Source of the DNA: an uncultured delta proteobacterium
GTDB taxonomy: Bacteria; Desulfobacterota; Desulfobaccia; Desulfobaccales; 0-14-0-80-60-11
Length of the DNA stretch: 64,000 nt
Reading direction: 5' to 3'
NCBI GenBank assembly: GCA_963747645.1
Contig: CAVVFW010000017.1
Location: 26,702-90,701 of the forward strand
The translations under genes were made by a program, and so were the position numbers. Shown here piece after piece: positions 45,804 through 55,229 of the stretch. Position 1 is the first letter of the stretch. The number at the start of each line of letters is the position of its first letter. The notes beneath the pieces were generated by a model. The model was given only the letters and a program-made list of their open reading frames with translations, did no database searches and was not told where the DNA came from.

Positions 45804-46439
45804 ATGGCCATCAATCCAAAAAATTTTGGGAGGATAAGACTTATGACCAACGGCACTGCATCACCCCCGGCGATGGCGCCGCTTCCGGTATTGGGGGACC
45901 TGGTCCACAACTGGGGCTGGCTTCTGGCCCAGGGCCTCCTCCTGGTGGTCCTGGGGACTGTCGGGTTGGGCATGACCCTCTGGCTGACGCTGGCCTCCGT
46001 CTTTATTTTCGGGGTCTTCCTGGTCATCGGCGGCGGCGTCCAGATATTCCAAACCTTCAAATGCAAGGGCTGGGAGAGCATCCTCTGGCACGGGCTCATT
46101 GCCGTCCTCTACCTCCTGGCCGGCCTCAGCATCATGGCCGACCCCCTGGCGGCCTCCACCCTGATCACCCTGCTCCTGGCCGGGGCCCTGATCGGCATCG
46201 GGGTCGTGCGCCTGATCATGGCCTTCCAGCTCCGGGGCCTCAAAAACTGGGGCTGGCCCCTGGTCGGCGGCATCGCCGCCCTGGTTCTGGGGCTCATGAT
46301 CCTGGCCCGCTGGCCGGTGTCGGGATTTTGGGTGATCGGCCTGTTTGTGGCCATCGAAATGATCTTTAGCGGCTGGTCCTCTATTTTCATCGCCCTGGCG
46401 GCGAGAGAGGTGGGCAGGAAAACCGCCCCCACCGCCTGA
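45804..46439 (+). CDS. HdeD/DUF308 family membrane protein
   Basis: 211 aa, with repeated hydrophobic DUF308-like units (GLLLVVLGTVGL..., LLLAGALIGIGVVRL..., LVLGLMILARWP...). Confidence 0.6.
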   Translation: MAINPKNFGRIRLMTNGTASPPAMAPLPVLGDLVHNWGWLLAQGLLLVVLGTVGLGMTLWLTLASVFIFGVFLVIGGGVQIFQTFKCKGWESILWHGLIAVLYLLAGLSIMADPLAASTLITLLLAGALIGIGVVRLIMAFQLRGLKNWGWPLVGGIAALVLGLMILARWPVSGFWVIGLFVAIEMIFSGWSSIFIALAAREVGRKTAPTA

Positions 46440-46594
46440 TCGCCCCCCGGTGGGCCATGCCCCCGGAGACGCCTCAATAATCGTGGTCCTGGAAGCCGCC
46501 GGCGGGCTCAGAGATTCCGTTGGCTTATGACAGGTCTGACGCGAGCCTCCCCGTATAGCGGTTGCCAAAAGTTTTTTCCGATCCTTGAGATCCA

Positions 46595-46690
46595 CAAATC
46601 CCCCCTAACCCCCCTTTAATAAAGGGGGGAACCATAAGGAATTGCTGATAAAGTCCCCCTTTGAAAAAGGGGGATTTAGGGGGATTTAAG
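46595..46690. repeat. MITE-like repeat, family 1, copy C
   Basis: acaaatcccccctaacccccctttaataaaggggggaaccataaggaattgctg...gtccccctttgaaaaagggggatttagggggatttaag. It has inverted ends and two CCCCCTTT-N-AAAGGGGG palindromes. Confidence 0.6.
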
Positions 46691-46712
46691 AATTGCCAAG
46701 GAGAAAGAATTT

Positions 46713-46883
46713 ATGGCAAACGCTATAGTTATCATGAAACTCAAGGTCTTGCGCCACATTGCCATGTCCGCCGGCAGCCAGAGCTTCAAGGGCGTTGGCC
46801 TCAAAGTGAGCGCCTCGTGGCTCGCCGACCTGTCGGAATTGGGCGCGCCGCGCCCCCTGCTGGCGCCGAGATCCACCCAATAA
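46713..46883 (+). CDS. possible small ORF (56 aa), unknown function
   Basis: My own translation is MANAIVIMKLKVLRHIAMSAGSQSFKGVGLKVSASWLADLSELGAPRPLLAPRSTQ. A strong AAGGAGA lies 8 nt upstream of the ATG. I recognised no homolog. Confidence 0.25.
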   Translation: MANAIVIMKLKVLRHIAMSAGSQSFKGVGLKVSASWLADLSELGAPRPLLAPRSTQ

Positions 46884-46909
46884 ACTTAAATTCCTGAGAT
46901 TCCAGGCAC

Positions 46910-46939
46910 ATTGCAATTGCACCCGGTGGTGACTATAAT
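46910..46939 (+). promoter_or_regulatory. near-consensus sigma-70 promoter that places the start site at or next to the prmA ATG
   Basis: TTGCAA (46910-46915), an 18-nt spacer and TATAAT (46934-46939). The prmA ATG is at 46948 and there is no Shine-Dalgarno between them. Confidence 0.5.
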
Positions 46940-46947
46940 TTAGCCAT

Positions 46948-47841
46948 ATGGCTAAAGAAACCTGGATCGAGGTGCGCGTAATCGTGCCGGCCCGGATGCA
47001 GGAAGAGGCCTCCCTGTACCTCACCGATTTCAGCGGCCGGGGGGTGATCATCGAAGAAGAGAATGTCCCGGCCGGCGGTGTGGTCATCCGGTCTTATTTC
47101 CGGCCGGAGGAATATGGCGACTGGCAGCGGCAGGAGTTGCAGGACTATATCAAGCGCCTCAGCGGCTACGAGCTCTATCCCCTGGGCCTCGAGGTCCGCC
47201 AGGTGGCGGAGGAGGACTGGGCCGAGGCCTGGAAGGCCCATTTCAAGCCCCTGAAGGTGACGGACCGTCTGGTTATCCGGCCTCCCTGGGAGGAATACGC
47301 CGCCCAACCGGGGGAGACGGTGATCACCATTTACCCCGGGATGGCCTTCGGCACCGGCCGGCACGCCAGCACCCTGTTGTGCCTGAGGGCCCTGGAGGAG
47401 GTGTGGGAGGAGGACCGGCCCCGGGCCGGCAACCCCTGGCAGGTTTTGGACGTGGGCACCGGCACCGGCATCCTGGCCCTGAGCGCGGCCCGCTACGGCG
47501 CGGCAGTGCTGGCCATCGACCTGGACCCGGAGGCCGTGGCCGCGGCCCTGGAGAACGTGCGTCTGAATAACCTGGTTGACCGGGTGTTGGTGGAAGAAAC
47601 GCCGCTGGCCTCGCTCCGGCAGCAGTTCGGCCTCATAATGGCCAACATCACCGCCCCGGACCTGCTCCAGTTGGCCGACGCCCTGACCGCCCGGCTTTTG
47701 AGTGACGGCGTCTTGATCATTTCCGGTTTCCTGGCCGAGGACGCCGTGCGGCTGGCGGAGCGCTACCAGGGGCTGGGCCTGCACCAAACCGGTTTTCTCA
47801 CCCAGGAGGACTGGGGCGCCCTGATTTTCCGGCGGCCCTGA
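46948..47841 (+). CDS. prmA: ribosomal protein L11 methyltransferase
   Basis: 297 aa, with PGMAFGTGRHASTLLCL and the SAM motif VLDVGTGTGILALSAA. Confidence 0.88.
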   Translation: MAKETWIEVRVIVPARMQEEASLYLTDFSGRGVIIEEENVPAGGVVIRSYFRPEEYGDWQRQELQDYIKRLSGYELYPLGLEVRQVAEEDWAEAWKAHFKPLKVTDRLVIRPPWEEYAAQPGETVITIYPGMAFGTGRHASTLLCLRALEEVWEEDRPRAGNPWQVLDVGTGTGILALSAARYGAAVLAIDLDPEAVAAALENVRLNNLVDRVLVEETPLASLRQQFGLIMANITAPDLLQLADALTARLLSDGVLIISGFLAEDAVRLAERYQGLGLHQTGFLTQEDWGALIFRRP

Positions 47842-47907
47842 TTGGATAGCTTAATAATGCAGGTCCGGCGGCAGCACCGCGCCGGCACTAATGATGAGGG
47901 GTAGGTC

Positions 47908-48208
47908 ATGAAAGAATTTTTGCAAAAGGCGTGGCTGTTTGGCGCCGGGGTGTTCGATTTCACCAAGGATAAGGTGGAGGCCCTGGTCCAGGAAATGGTA
48001 CGGCGGGGTGAAATTACCCAGCAGGAAAGCTCTGAAGCCGTAAAGACAGATGTTGGCCAAGGCCCAGGAGGCCCAGCAGGCCATGGTGGCCAAAGTCAAG
48101 GAACTCACCAAAAGCGCCGTCGACGAAATCAAGGTGGCCAAGGCCGCGGATCTGGAGGCCCTTGAGGCCCGGGTGGCCGCCCTGGAAGAGGCGTTGAAGG
48201 AGCGTTAG
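47908..48208 (+). pseudogene. small phasin-like coiled-coil protein; one frameshift as sequenced
   Basis: ORF 47908..48165 is credible to ...ITQQESSEAV. The next frame continues ...AKAQEAQQAMVAKVKELTKSAVDEIKVAKAADLEALEARVAALEEALKER, with the stop at 48206-48208. Confidence 0.5.
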
Positions 48209-48228
48209 GGGTGGGTAATGTGCCAGGC

Positions 48229-48258
48229 GTAGGGGCGGGTTCTCAAACCCGCCCCTAC
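48229..48258. repeat. GC-rich perfect hairpin (GTAGGGGCGGGTT / AACCCGCCCCTAC)
   Basis: A 13-bp stem with a 4-nt loop. The same core (GGGGCGGGTTT.AAACCCGCCCC) recurs at 62624-62652. Confidence 0.7.
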
Positions 48259-48279
48259 ATCATCTCATGGCTGCTGATC

Positions 48280-49008
48280 ATGCGCCGATTTTACGCCCAT
48301 CCCCGCCAATTTAACCAGGACCTGGTGACCCTGGACCCGGAGGAGACCCTGCACCTGGCCCGGGTCCTGCGCCTGGGGGTAGGGGCGCAGGTCGAGGTCT
48401 GCGACGGCGAGGGGGGAAATTTTACCGCGCAAGTCGCCACCCTGGAACCCCGGGGGGCCACGCTCCGCATCCTGGGCAAGCTGGACGCCTGGGGAGAGTC
48501 GCCTCTGCCCGTGGTCCTGGGGATCGGCCTGGCCAAAGGGGAGGCGATGGACGAGGCCGTGCGCCAGGCCACCGAGATGGGGGTGACCCGGATTTTCTCC
48601 TTCACTTCGGAGCGCTCCGAACGGCTGAGCCCGGAACGGCTGGAGCGGCGCCGGGGGCGGTGGCTGCGCCTGGCCCGGGAAAGCATCAAGTCCTGCCAGC
48701 GGTCCAGGCTGCCTGACATCCAGCCGCACCGGGATTTTGCCGCCGCGCTGGAAGGCCCGGAGGCAGTGAAGCTCATCTTTTGGGAAGAGGAGCGGGGCGG
48801 GGGCCTGAAGTCTTTTCTTGACCTCCCCCGGCCCCAGGACGTCAGGGTCCTCATCGGGCCGGAAGGCGGGTTTTCTGCCGGCGAGGCGGCTCAGGCCCGG
48901 GAGGCCGGCTTCCACGTGGCCAGCCTGGGACCCCGCCGCCTTAAGGTGGCCACCGCGGCGCTGGCGGCCATCACCCTGATCCAGTACGCCTGGGGGGACC
49001 TGGCCTGA
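48280..49008 (+). CDS. rsmE: 16S rRNA (uracil1498-N3)-methyltransferase
   Basis: The ATG at 48280 gives MRRFYAHPRQF... The C-terminal SPOUT region is LIGPEGGFSAGE...LGPRRLKVATA. Confidence 0.85.
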   Translation: MRRFYAHPRQFNQDLVTLDPEETLHLARVLRLGVGAQVEVCDGEGGNFTAQVATLEPRGATLRILGKLDAWGESPLPVVLGIGLAKGEAMDEAVRQATEMGVTRIFSFTSERSERLSPERLERRRGRWLRLARESIKSCQRSRLPDIQPHRDFAAALEGPEAVKLIFWEEERGGGLKSFLDLPRPQDVRVLIGPEGGFSAGEAAQAREAGFHVASLGPRRLKVATAALAAITLIQYAWGDLA

Positions 49009-49978
49009 TGGCCGCCGACCTGCCTTACCGGGATCTCAATTCCTCCCTGAAAGGACAGTTCGGCCAGCGGGTCCAGAAAATCACTCTGGATGCCGGGTTG
49101 ACCTGCCCCAACCGGGACGGCCGGGTGTCCACCGGCGGGTGCCTCTACTGCAATGCCCGGGGCTCCGGTACCGGCGCCTGGGGTCGGGGCCAGAGCATCC
49201 CGGCGCAATTGGAAGCGGGGATGGCCCGCCTGGCCCGGCGCTACGGGGCGGCCCGGTTTATCGCCTATTTCCAGAGCTTTTCCAATACCTATGCGCCCGT
49301 GGCGCAGCTCCGGGAGATCTACGAGGCGGCCCTGGCGCCTCCCGAGGTGGTGGGCCTCGCCATCGGCACTCGCCCGGACTGCCTGGGAGATGACGTCCTG
49401 GACCTCCTGGCCGGCTATGCCCGGGACCGGCTGATCTGGCTGGAGCTGGGGTTGCAGTCCGCCCATGACGCCACGCTGGCCCGCCTCAACCGGGGCCACG
49501 ACGCGGCCTGCTTCTTTGATGCCGCAACCCGGGCCGCGGCCCGGGGACTTGCGGTGGTGGCCCACGTGATTCTGGGGCTGCCGGGAGAGGGCCCCCGGGA
49601 AACGGCGGCTACCGCTGAGTTTCTGGCCCGGCTGCCGGTGCACGGCGTCAAAATTCACTTGCTTTATGTCATCAAGGATTCCGGACTGGCCCGGCTCCAC
49701 GAGCAGGGGGAGTACGCCTGCCTCAGCGAAGACCAGTACGTCAACGGCGTGGTGGACTTCATCGAACGGCTCCCGCCCCACCTGGTGATCCACCGCTGTG
49801 ACCAGCGACCCCCATGCCGAAGAACTGGTGGCCCCGGCCTGGTGCTCTGGATAAGTCCCGGGTTTTGCAGCGTATCCGGGAGGAATTTGCCCGCCGGGGC
49901 ACCCGCCAGGGGAGTCATCTGGCCGGTAAGGCTTTTCTGTTACCTCATTTCGAGCCGCAGGAAGGCGTGAGATTATGA
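49008..49978 (+). pseudogene. radical SAM protein, TIGR01212 (YhcC-like) family; C-terminus frameshifted as sequenced
   Basis: The cluster motif CPNRDGRVSTGGCLYCN is present. The ORF is credible to ...PPHLVIHR. The conserved tail (LTSDPHAEELVAPAW..., ...DKSRVLQRIREEFARRGTRQG) lies in the other frames, with junctions near 49800 and 49850. Confidence 0.75.
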
Positions 49979-50786
49979 AATCTGAGGCGGCGAATCCGGA
50001 TCCGGTTACCGCCGGCGTTCAGGAAGTTAAAGAGGACTTAACTGCCGGGATCGCCGAATACTTGGGGGTGGGTCCCTCCATGGCCAACCGGAGGGAGTAC
50101 CTTATCTTCCTCGCCGCTTCCGTCCTGGTTTGCTCTGGGAATTCTCTTCCTGTTGGGGTACATTTATCTGTGGCCGCTGTTGAAACCTTACTATGCGATC
50201 ATTTCTGATAAGGAAAAAATCAGCGGCCTGTTTCGGGCTGCAGGCGATTGGGCGCCTATCGTCTACATCCTGCTGGAGGCGGCCCAGGTGCTCACCATGT
50301 TCTGGCCGGTGCCGCTGGAACTCGCCGGGGGCTTTCTGTTCGGACTGCCTTGGGGATTGGTTTATTCCATGATCGGACTCACCACGGGAGCGGTGTTGGC
50401 CTTTCTTTTGGGACGCTGGCTGGAAAGGACTTACCTCAGCCGCATTATCGATCCCGGGAAGTTACAGGAGTTTCCGTAAGCTTATGCAGCGGGAAGGGGC
50501 GGTGGCGGCTTTTATCATTTTTTTGGTGCCCGGGGTTCCCAAGGATTTTGTCAGCTATGTCCTGGGCTTTACGACGTTGTCGTTGAAATTTTTTGTCGTG
50601 GCGGTGGCGATCTTCCGGTTGCCCAGCACTTTTCTCCTCACCCTGCAGGGGGCCGAAGCCGCCAAAGGCCATTATTGGCTGTCCGTGGGACTGATAGGCG
50701 GCAATTATGTATTGGCCGTTCTGATCTACCGATATCGCGAGTATTTGTACCAGTGGATCAAAGCCTGGGATCTGGAGGAATTATAA
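49975..50786 (+). pseudogene. TVP38/TMEM64 (DedA-related) family membrane protein, paralog 1; two frameshifts as sequenced
   Basis: Three ORF pieces (49975.., 50153..50479, 50484..50786) read through as one protein containing FLVPGVPKDFVSYVLG. The junctions are near 50140 and 50473 (extra T in a T run). Confidence 0.7.
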
Positions 50787-51028
50787 CACGATGTTCTTCC
50801 ATCGGGTTGTGATATGCTAAAACCTGCTGGCTCTCTGGGACCAGCCTTTTTGACGCCGGATAAACACCCGAAGAGAATCTCGTTTGTCTTCCGATACCGG
50901 AGGGCGCGGCGTTGATGGTGAACAAGGAGTGCGTGGCTAAGTGACTGAAGAGGGGACCGGAATCTTCTCGCCGAGAGAACCGACCTTGGCTCTGGGGACT
51001 GCTGGTTCTGGCCCTTCTCGCCCTGGGG

Positions 51029-51701
51029 TTGTTGTTCTGGGGCTTTCACTACCGCAGCTTCCTGTGGGGCCAGGTGTGCTATATAACGGGCCTCTGCGCC
51101 GATAAACATTGGATCAAGTCCGTCCTCAAGGCCGCGGGGCCCCTGGCGCCCCTGGTGTTCATCCTGATCCAGGCCCTCCAGGTGGTCTTCGCCCCCATCC
51201 CCGGGGAGGCCACCGGCTTCATCGGCGGCTACCTGTTCGGGGTGCCCCTGGGTCTGTTGTATTCCACCCTCGGCCTGACCCTGGGCTCGGTGGGCGCTTT
51301 TTTTATCGCCCGCTGGCTGGAAGAGCACTACGTCAAGCGGTGGATTCCGGCGGAAATCCTCCAAAAGTTCGACTTCCTGATGGAACGCCAGGGGGCCCTG
51401 GTGGCCGTTCATCCTCTTTCTCCTGCCCGGCTTTCCCAAAGACTATCTCTGCTTCGTCCTGGGCCTGAGCCGCATGCCCTTCAAATTATTTCTGCTGATC
51501 TGTACGGTCGGGCGAATTCCCGGCACCCTGCTGTTGACCCTCCAGGGGGCCAAGGTTTACAAGGGCGACTATTACAGCACCCTGGTCATCCTGGGACTGT
51601 GCCTGGTGTTCGTCCTGGTCCTGGGGTATTACCGGGAGCCGGTGTACCGCTGGATCAGGCGCTTTGACCACACGGAAGAGAAGGCGCCGGAAGCGGAATG
51701 A
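51029..51701 (+). pseudogene. TVP38/TMEM64 family membrane protein, paralog 2; one frameshift as sequenced, start uncertain
   Basis: ORF 51029.. is credible to ...MERQGALVA. ORF 51474..51701 and its upstream frame give FLLPGFPKDYLCFVLG...LTLQGAKVYKGDYY. An in-frame stop at 50942 limits the N-terminus. Confidence 0.65.
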
Positions 51702-51854
51702 ATCAATCCACCATAAGTTAATGCTGTTAAGGAGAAAGGGTTGACCGACGCGCCCCACTTGTCAGCCGGGCCGGCGAGGGCGGCGGCCTGACCTGGCGAT
51801 TAAAACTCGGCAGGGGAGCACAAATCTCGAAGTTCAAAATTAAGGGAGAGCACC

Positions 51855-52871
51855 ATGGCTTTAGACCCTAAAGGCGGTTTCGATCAAATCATGTCCATGA
51901 CCCGGGGCTTTCAGGTCTCCAAGATGCTCATGGTGGCCGTGGACCTGGGCCTGTTCGATTTTCTGGTTGAACCGAAGAGCGCGGTGGAGACCGCAGTCTG
52001 GCTCAAGGCGAACCCCCGGGCCACCGGCATCTTTCTGAATGGCCTGGCGGCGTTGGGACTCGTGGACAAGGGCGCGGATTATTTCAAGAACAGCGAGTTG
52101 GCCTCCCGCTACCTGGTGCGGGGCTCGGAAAACTACCGGGGGGCCATCGTCAAGCACATAGAGCACACCTGGGAACGGGGCTGGGAAGACCTGAAGGGGA
52201 CGGTCCTGGCGGGCCACCCCCCGGCGGCGGAAACCGAGAAGTGGGTGGATGGCCGGCCCGAACGGGACGAAGAAGAGGTCCGGGCCTTTATCTGGGGCAT
52301 GCACGCCATCGCCCGGGACCTGGCCCCCATGGTGGCGGCCAAGCTGGACCTGAAGGCCGTGCGCCATCTCCTGGACCTGGGGGGCGGCCCGGCCACCTAT
52401 GCCATCACCTTTGCCCAGGCCAACCCGGAGCTTAAAGCCACGGTCTTCGACCTGCCCATGCCCATTGAAATCGCCCGGGAAAATATTGCCAAAAACGGCC
52501 TGACCGACCGGGTGGACACCCTGGCGGGGAACTTCCTTAACGATGACATCGGCACGGGTTACGATTTCATCTGGATCTCCCAGATCCTCCACAGCCACGA
52601 CGAGGCGCAGTGTAAGCTGATCATCGCCAAGGCGGTGGCGGCCCTCACCCCCGGCGGCACCCTGGCCATCCAGGACTTCTACCTCAACGCCGACGGCGCC
52701 AGCCCCACGGGTGCGGCCATGTTCGGGGTCCACATGCTGGCGGTCACCCCCCGGGGCCGGGCCTACACCCATGGGGAAGTGGCGGAGTGGATGCAGGCGG
52801 CGGGCCTGGCGGCCCCGGAGTTCATTCAATCCGGAATGGATGCGAGCATGTTGGTGGCCAGGAAGAAGTAG
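51855..52871 (+). CDS. class I SAM-dependent O-methyltransferase-like protein
   Basis: 338 aa, with an N-terminal dimerisation/winged-helix-like part and the SAM motif LLDLGGGPATYAI. Confidence 0.7.
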   Translation: MALDPKGGFDQIMSMTRGFQVSKMLMVAVDLGLFDFLVEPKSAVETAVWLKANPRATGIFLNGLAALGLVDKGADYFKNSELASRYLVRGSENYRGAIVKHIEHTWERGWEDLKGTVLAGHPPAAETEKWVDGRPERDEEEVRAFIWGMHAIARDLAPMVAAKLDLKAVRHLLDLGGGPATYAITFAQANPELKATVFDLPMPIEIARENIAKNGLTDRVDTLAGNFLNDDIGTGYDFIWISQILHSHDEAQCKLIIAKAVAALTPGGTLAIQDFYLNADGASPTGAAMFGVHMLAVTPRGRAYTHGEVAEWMQAAGLAAPEFIQSGMDASMLVARKK

Positions 52872-52891
52872 GGGTTAACGGCGGGGGAAAA

Positions 52892-52935
52892 GGCGAAAAG
52901 GGGGTTGGCCCCTGTCGCCTTTTTTCTTTATTTCA
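52892..52935 (+). terminator. intrinsic terminator after the methyltransferase gene
   Basis: Stem GGCGAAAAGGGG / CCCCTGTCGCC is followed by TTTTTTCTTTATTT. Confidence 0.65.
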
Positions 52936-53083
52936 CAGCTCTGATTCGTACCAATCAGGAGTAAATAAACAATTTTTGTGGGGTGGCCTTTGTGCTACCC
53001 CGCGGCGCAGACGCGGGTGCGCCCCTGCGTTTCACTCATCTATTTTTGAACGGAACTCGAGACCTTTGCTCAAGGCTTCTAAC

Positions 53084-53166
53084 CTGTCACTCTGAGGGGA
53101 CGGAGCGACCGAAGAATCTTACAACTACGGGAAATACAAGATCCTTTGCCCCGCTCAGGATGACAA
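53084..53166. repeat. diverged relative of the palindromic MITE-like family 2
   Basis: ctgtcactctgaggggacggagcgaccgaagaatctt...aagatcctttgccccgctcaggatgacaa. The architecture (GTCA-TCTGA...GAAGAATCT inverted arms) matches 59859-59998. Confidence 0.45.
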
Positions 53167-53289
53167 AACAGTAACGTAGGCGGGCATTGCCCGCCATGGG
53201 AGCGCTCCCACAAGACCAAGCGAGACGCCCAAGCTGCCGGTCCAGAAATTCATCTGGCTTAGATAGACAGGTATTCGCCTCTTTGCCTT

Positions 53290-54201
53290 CTACCCCTTTG
53301 CCCCCAAGAGGTCTTCCAACGCCGCGTCAATAGCGGGAAAATTGAATTTAAAGCCCGCGTCCAGCAAGCGCTTGGGCACAACCCTCTGACCCGTGAGCAG
53401 GGTGTCGGCAAATTCTCCCAACACCAGGCGCAGCATGAATTCCGGGGCCGGCATGAAGCTGGGGCGGTGCAGGGCCCGGCCCAGGGCCGTGGCCAGTTCC
53501 CGGTTGCGCACCGGGTAGGGGGCGGTGAAGTTCACCGGGCCGGAAATGTGCGGATTCTCCTGGATGAACCGGAAGGCCCGGGCGTGGTCGGCCTGGTGGA
53601 TCCAGGAGAACCACTGGTCCCCGGAGCCGATGGGCCCCCCTAAAAACTTCTTGAACATGGGCACCATCTGACTCAGGGCCCCGCCGTCCCGGCCCAGGAC
53701 GATGCCGAAGCGGGTGACCACCACCCGGACTCCCAGGTCCTGGGCCTGCAGGGCTTCGGATTCCCATAAGCGGGACAATTCCCCCAGGAAGCCGTCGTCC
53801 GCCGGGGAGTCTTCGGTGAGTTCCTCATCGCCCCGGGGCCCGTAGTAGCCCACCGCCGAGGTGCTGCAGAAGAGCTGCCGCCCGTCCCCCCGGGCCAGGG
53901 CGGCCACCAGGTTGCGGGTGGTGCGCACCCGGCTCTCAAAGATTTCCTTCTTGTGGGCTTCGCTCCAGCGGGCGAAAATGGAGGCCCCGGCCAGATTGAT
54001 GATCCAGTCATGTTCCGGCACCGCTTCCATCCAGGGCCCTGCCTGGGTGGGGTTGCCCGTGAGAAAGCTGATGCCGGCCTCGTTAGGGGCAGCGGGTTGG
54101 GGCCTGCGGCTGAGGATGGTGATGGTGTGACCCGCCTGGGCCAATTCCCGGGACAGATACGTGCCCACGAAACCCGTACCGCCGGTCATAAAGACTTTCA
54201 C
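53290..54201 (-). CDS. SDR-family epimerase/dehydratase-like protein (TIGR01777 / YfcH-like)
   Basis: 303 aa, with the Rossmann motif MTGGTGFVGTYL and a conserved C-terminal extension typical of the DUF1731 type. Confidence 0.8.
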   Translation of the reverse strand: MKVFMTGGTGFVGTYLSRELAQAGHTITILSRRPQPAAPNEAGISFLTGNPTQAGPWMEAVPEHDWIINLAGASIFARWSEAHKKEIFESRVRTTRNLVAALARGDGRQLFCSTSAVGYYGPRGDEELTEDSPADDGFLGELSRLWESEALQAQDLGVRVVVTRFGIVLGRDGGALSQMVPMFKKFLGGPIGSGDQWFSWIHQADHARAFRFIQENPHISGPVNFTAPYPVRNRELATALGRALHRPSFMPAPEFMLRLVLGEFADTLLTGQRVVPKRLLDAGFKFNFPAIDAALEDLLGAKG

Positions 54202-54527
54202 AATAACTGCCCTCGCTTTCTGGGGGGCCAGGGCTCAGGGTTCGGTCCGTTAAACCCGGCATTTGTCCCTGCTCCCACGATTGGCGCCGGCGTCCGGTGA
54301 GGCATGCCGCCGCTAATTTTTAAAATTAAGCATTAAGAACGGATATGGCAAGGATGTGGGGGCCGGGCCGGTCATAAGGGGAAGCGAACGCGTCCCGGTC
54401 GGTGGGGCGGCCGTCCCTGGCCAGCAGCGCTGCCGGGCCTGGAGGCCCGCCCCATCGGGATATTTTTCCACCAGGGAAAGATCCATCGATTTTACCGAAG
54501 TGCGGGACCGGCGATCAGCCTGCCCCG

Positions 54528-55038
54528 CTAAGTTCTTAAAAGTTCCAGAATCCGGGCCGGGAGCATCTCCCGGTTGCCGGGGGTCACCGTTATCAGGGTT
54601 TTCCCGGGCTTGGCCTTCAGGGCCGCGATGTAGCCGCCGCCTTGCGCCGCCACGGTGATCAAAAGCGGCGCCGGCGCCACCCAGAGGTTTTCCATGGCTG
54701 CCACGAACCGGGCCGAAAGACACTCCATCTTCCCCACTTCGTCCACCACGATGAGGTCCACCCCCGGGATCATCTCCAGGGCCGGCAGGGCTACCCGGTG
54801 GAAATTCTCCAGGCTGACCCCGTACTTTCCCACCCGGATACGGGCCGGGAAAGTCCACATGGCTGAGAAGCGCCGCGTCCCCCGCCAGGGTGACGATCTC
54901 AAACCCCAGGCGGATGCCTTGCTTCCGTACCTCCCGGGTGTAAAACCCGGCGGCCCGGCCCGGCCAACGGGCCGCCACCTTCTGGACCACCGTGGTCTTG
55001 CCGCACTGGGGCGGCCCGGTGAGGAGGATGCGAATCAT
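54528..55038 (-). pseudogene. P-loop nucleoside-triphosphatase (THEP1-like NTPase); one frameshift as sequenced
   Basis: Walker A is LLTGPPQCGKTT (ORF 54313..55038, credible to ...SHVDFPG). The next frame (ORF 54528..54902) gives RIRVGKYGVSLENF...LIVVDEVGKME (Walker B). Confidence 0.7.
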
Positions 55039-55229
55039 TATTTTGGCTATCAGGCCTTAGTCAGTGGCCGGGTGCGGTCTTTTGTTCCGATGCGCAATGA
55101 ATTTGCAACAATCACCAGCGCCCTATTTGAGGCCAGGGAACGCCATCCCCCAAGGTATTAAAAGGAATTGACCTAGCCAATCCCATACTGGGCGGCCAGC
55201 CTTGGGCAAAGGCTAGCGGAGGGGTGGTA

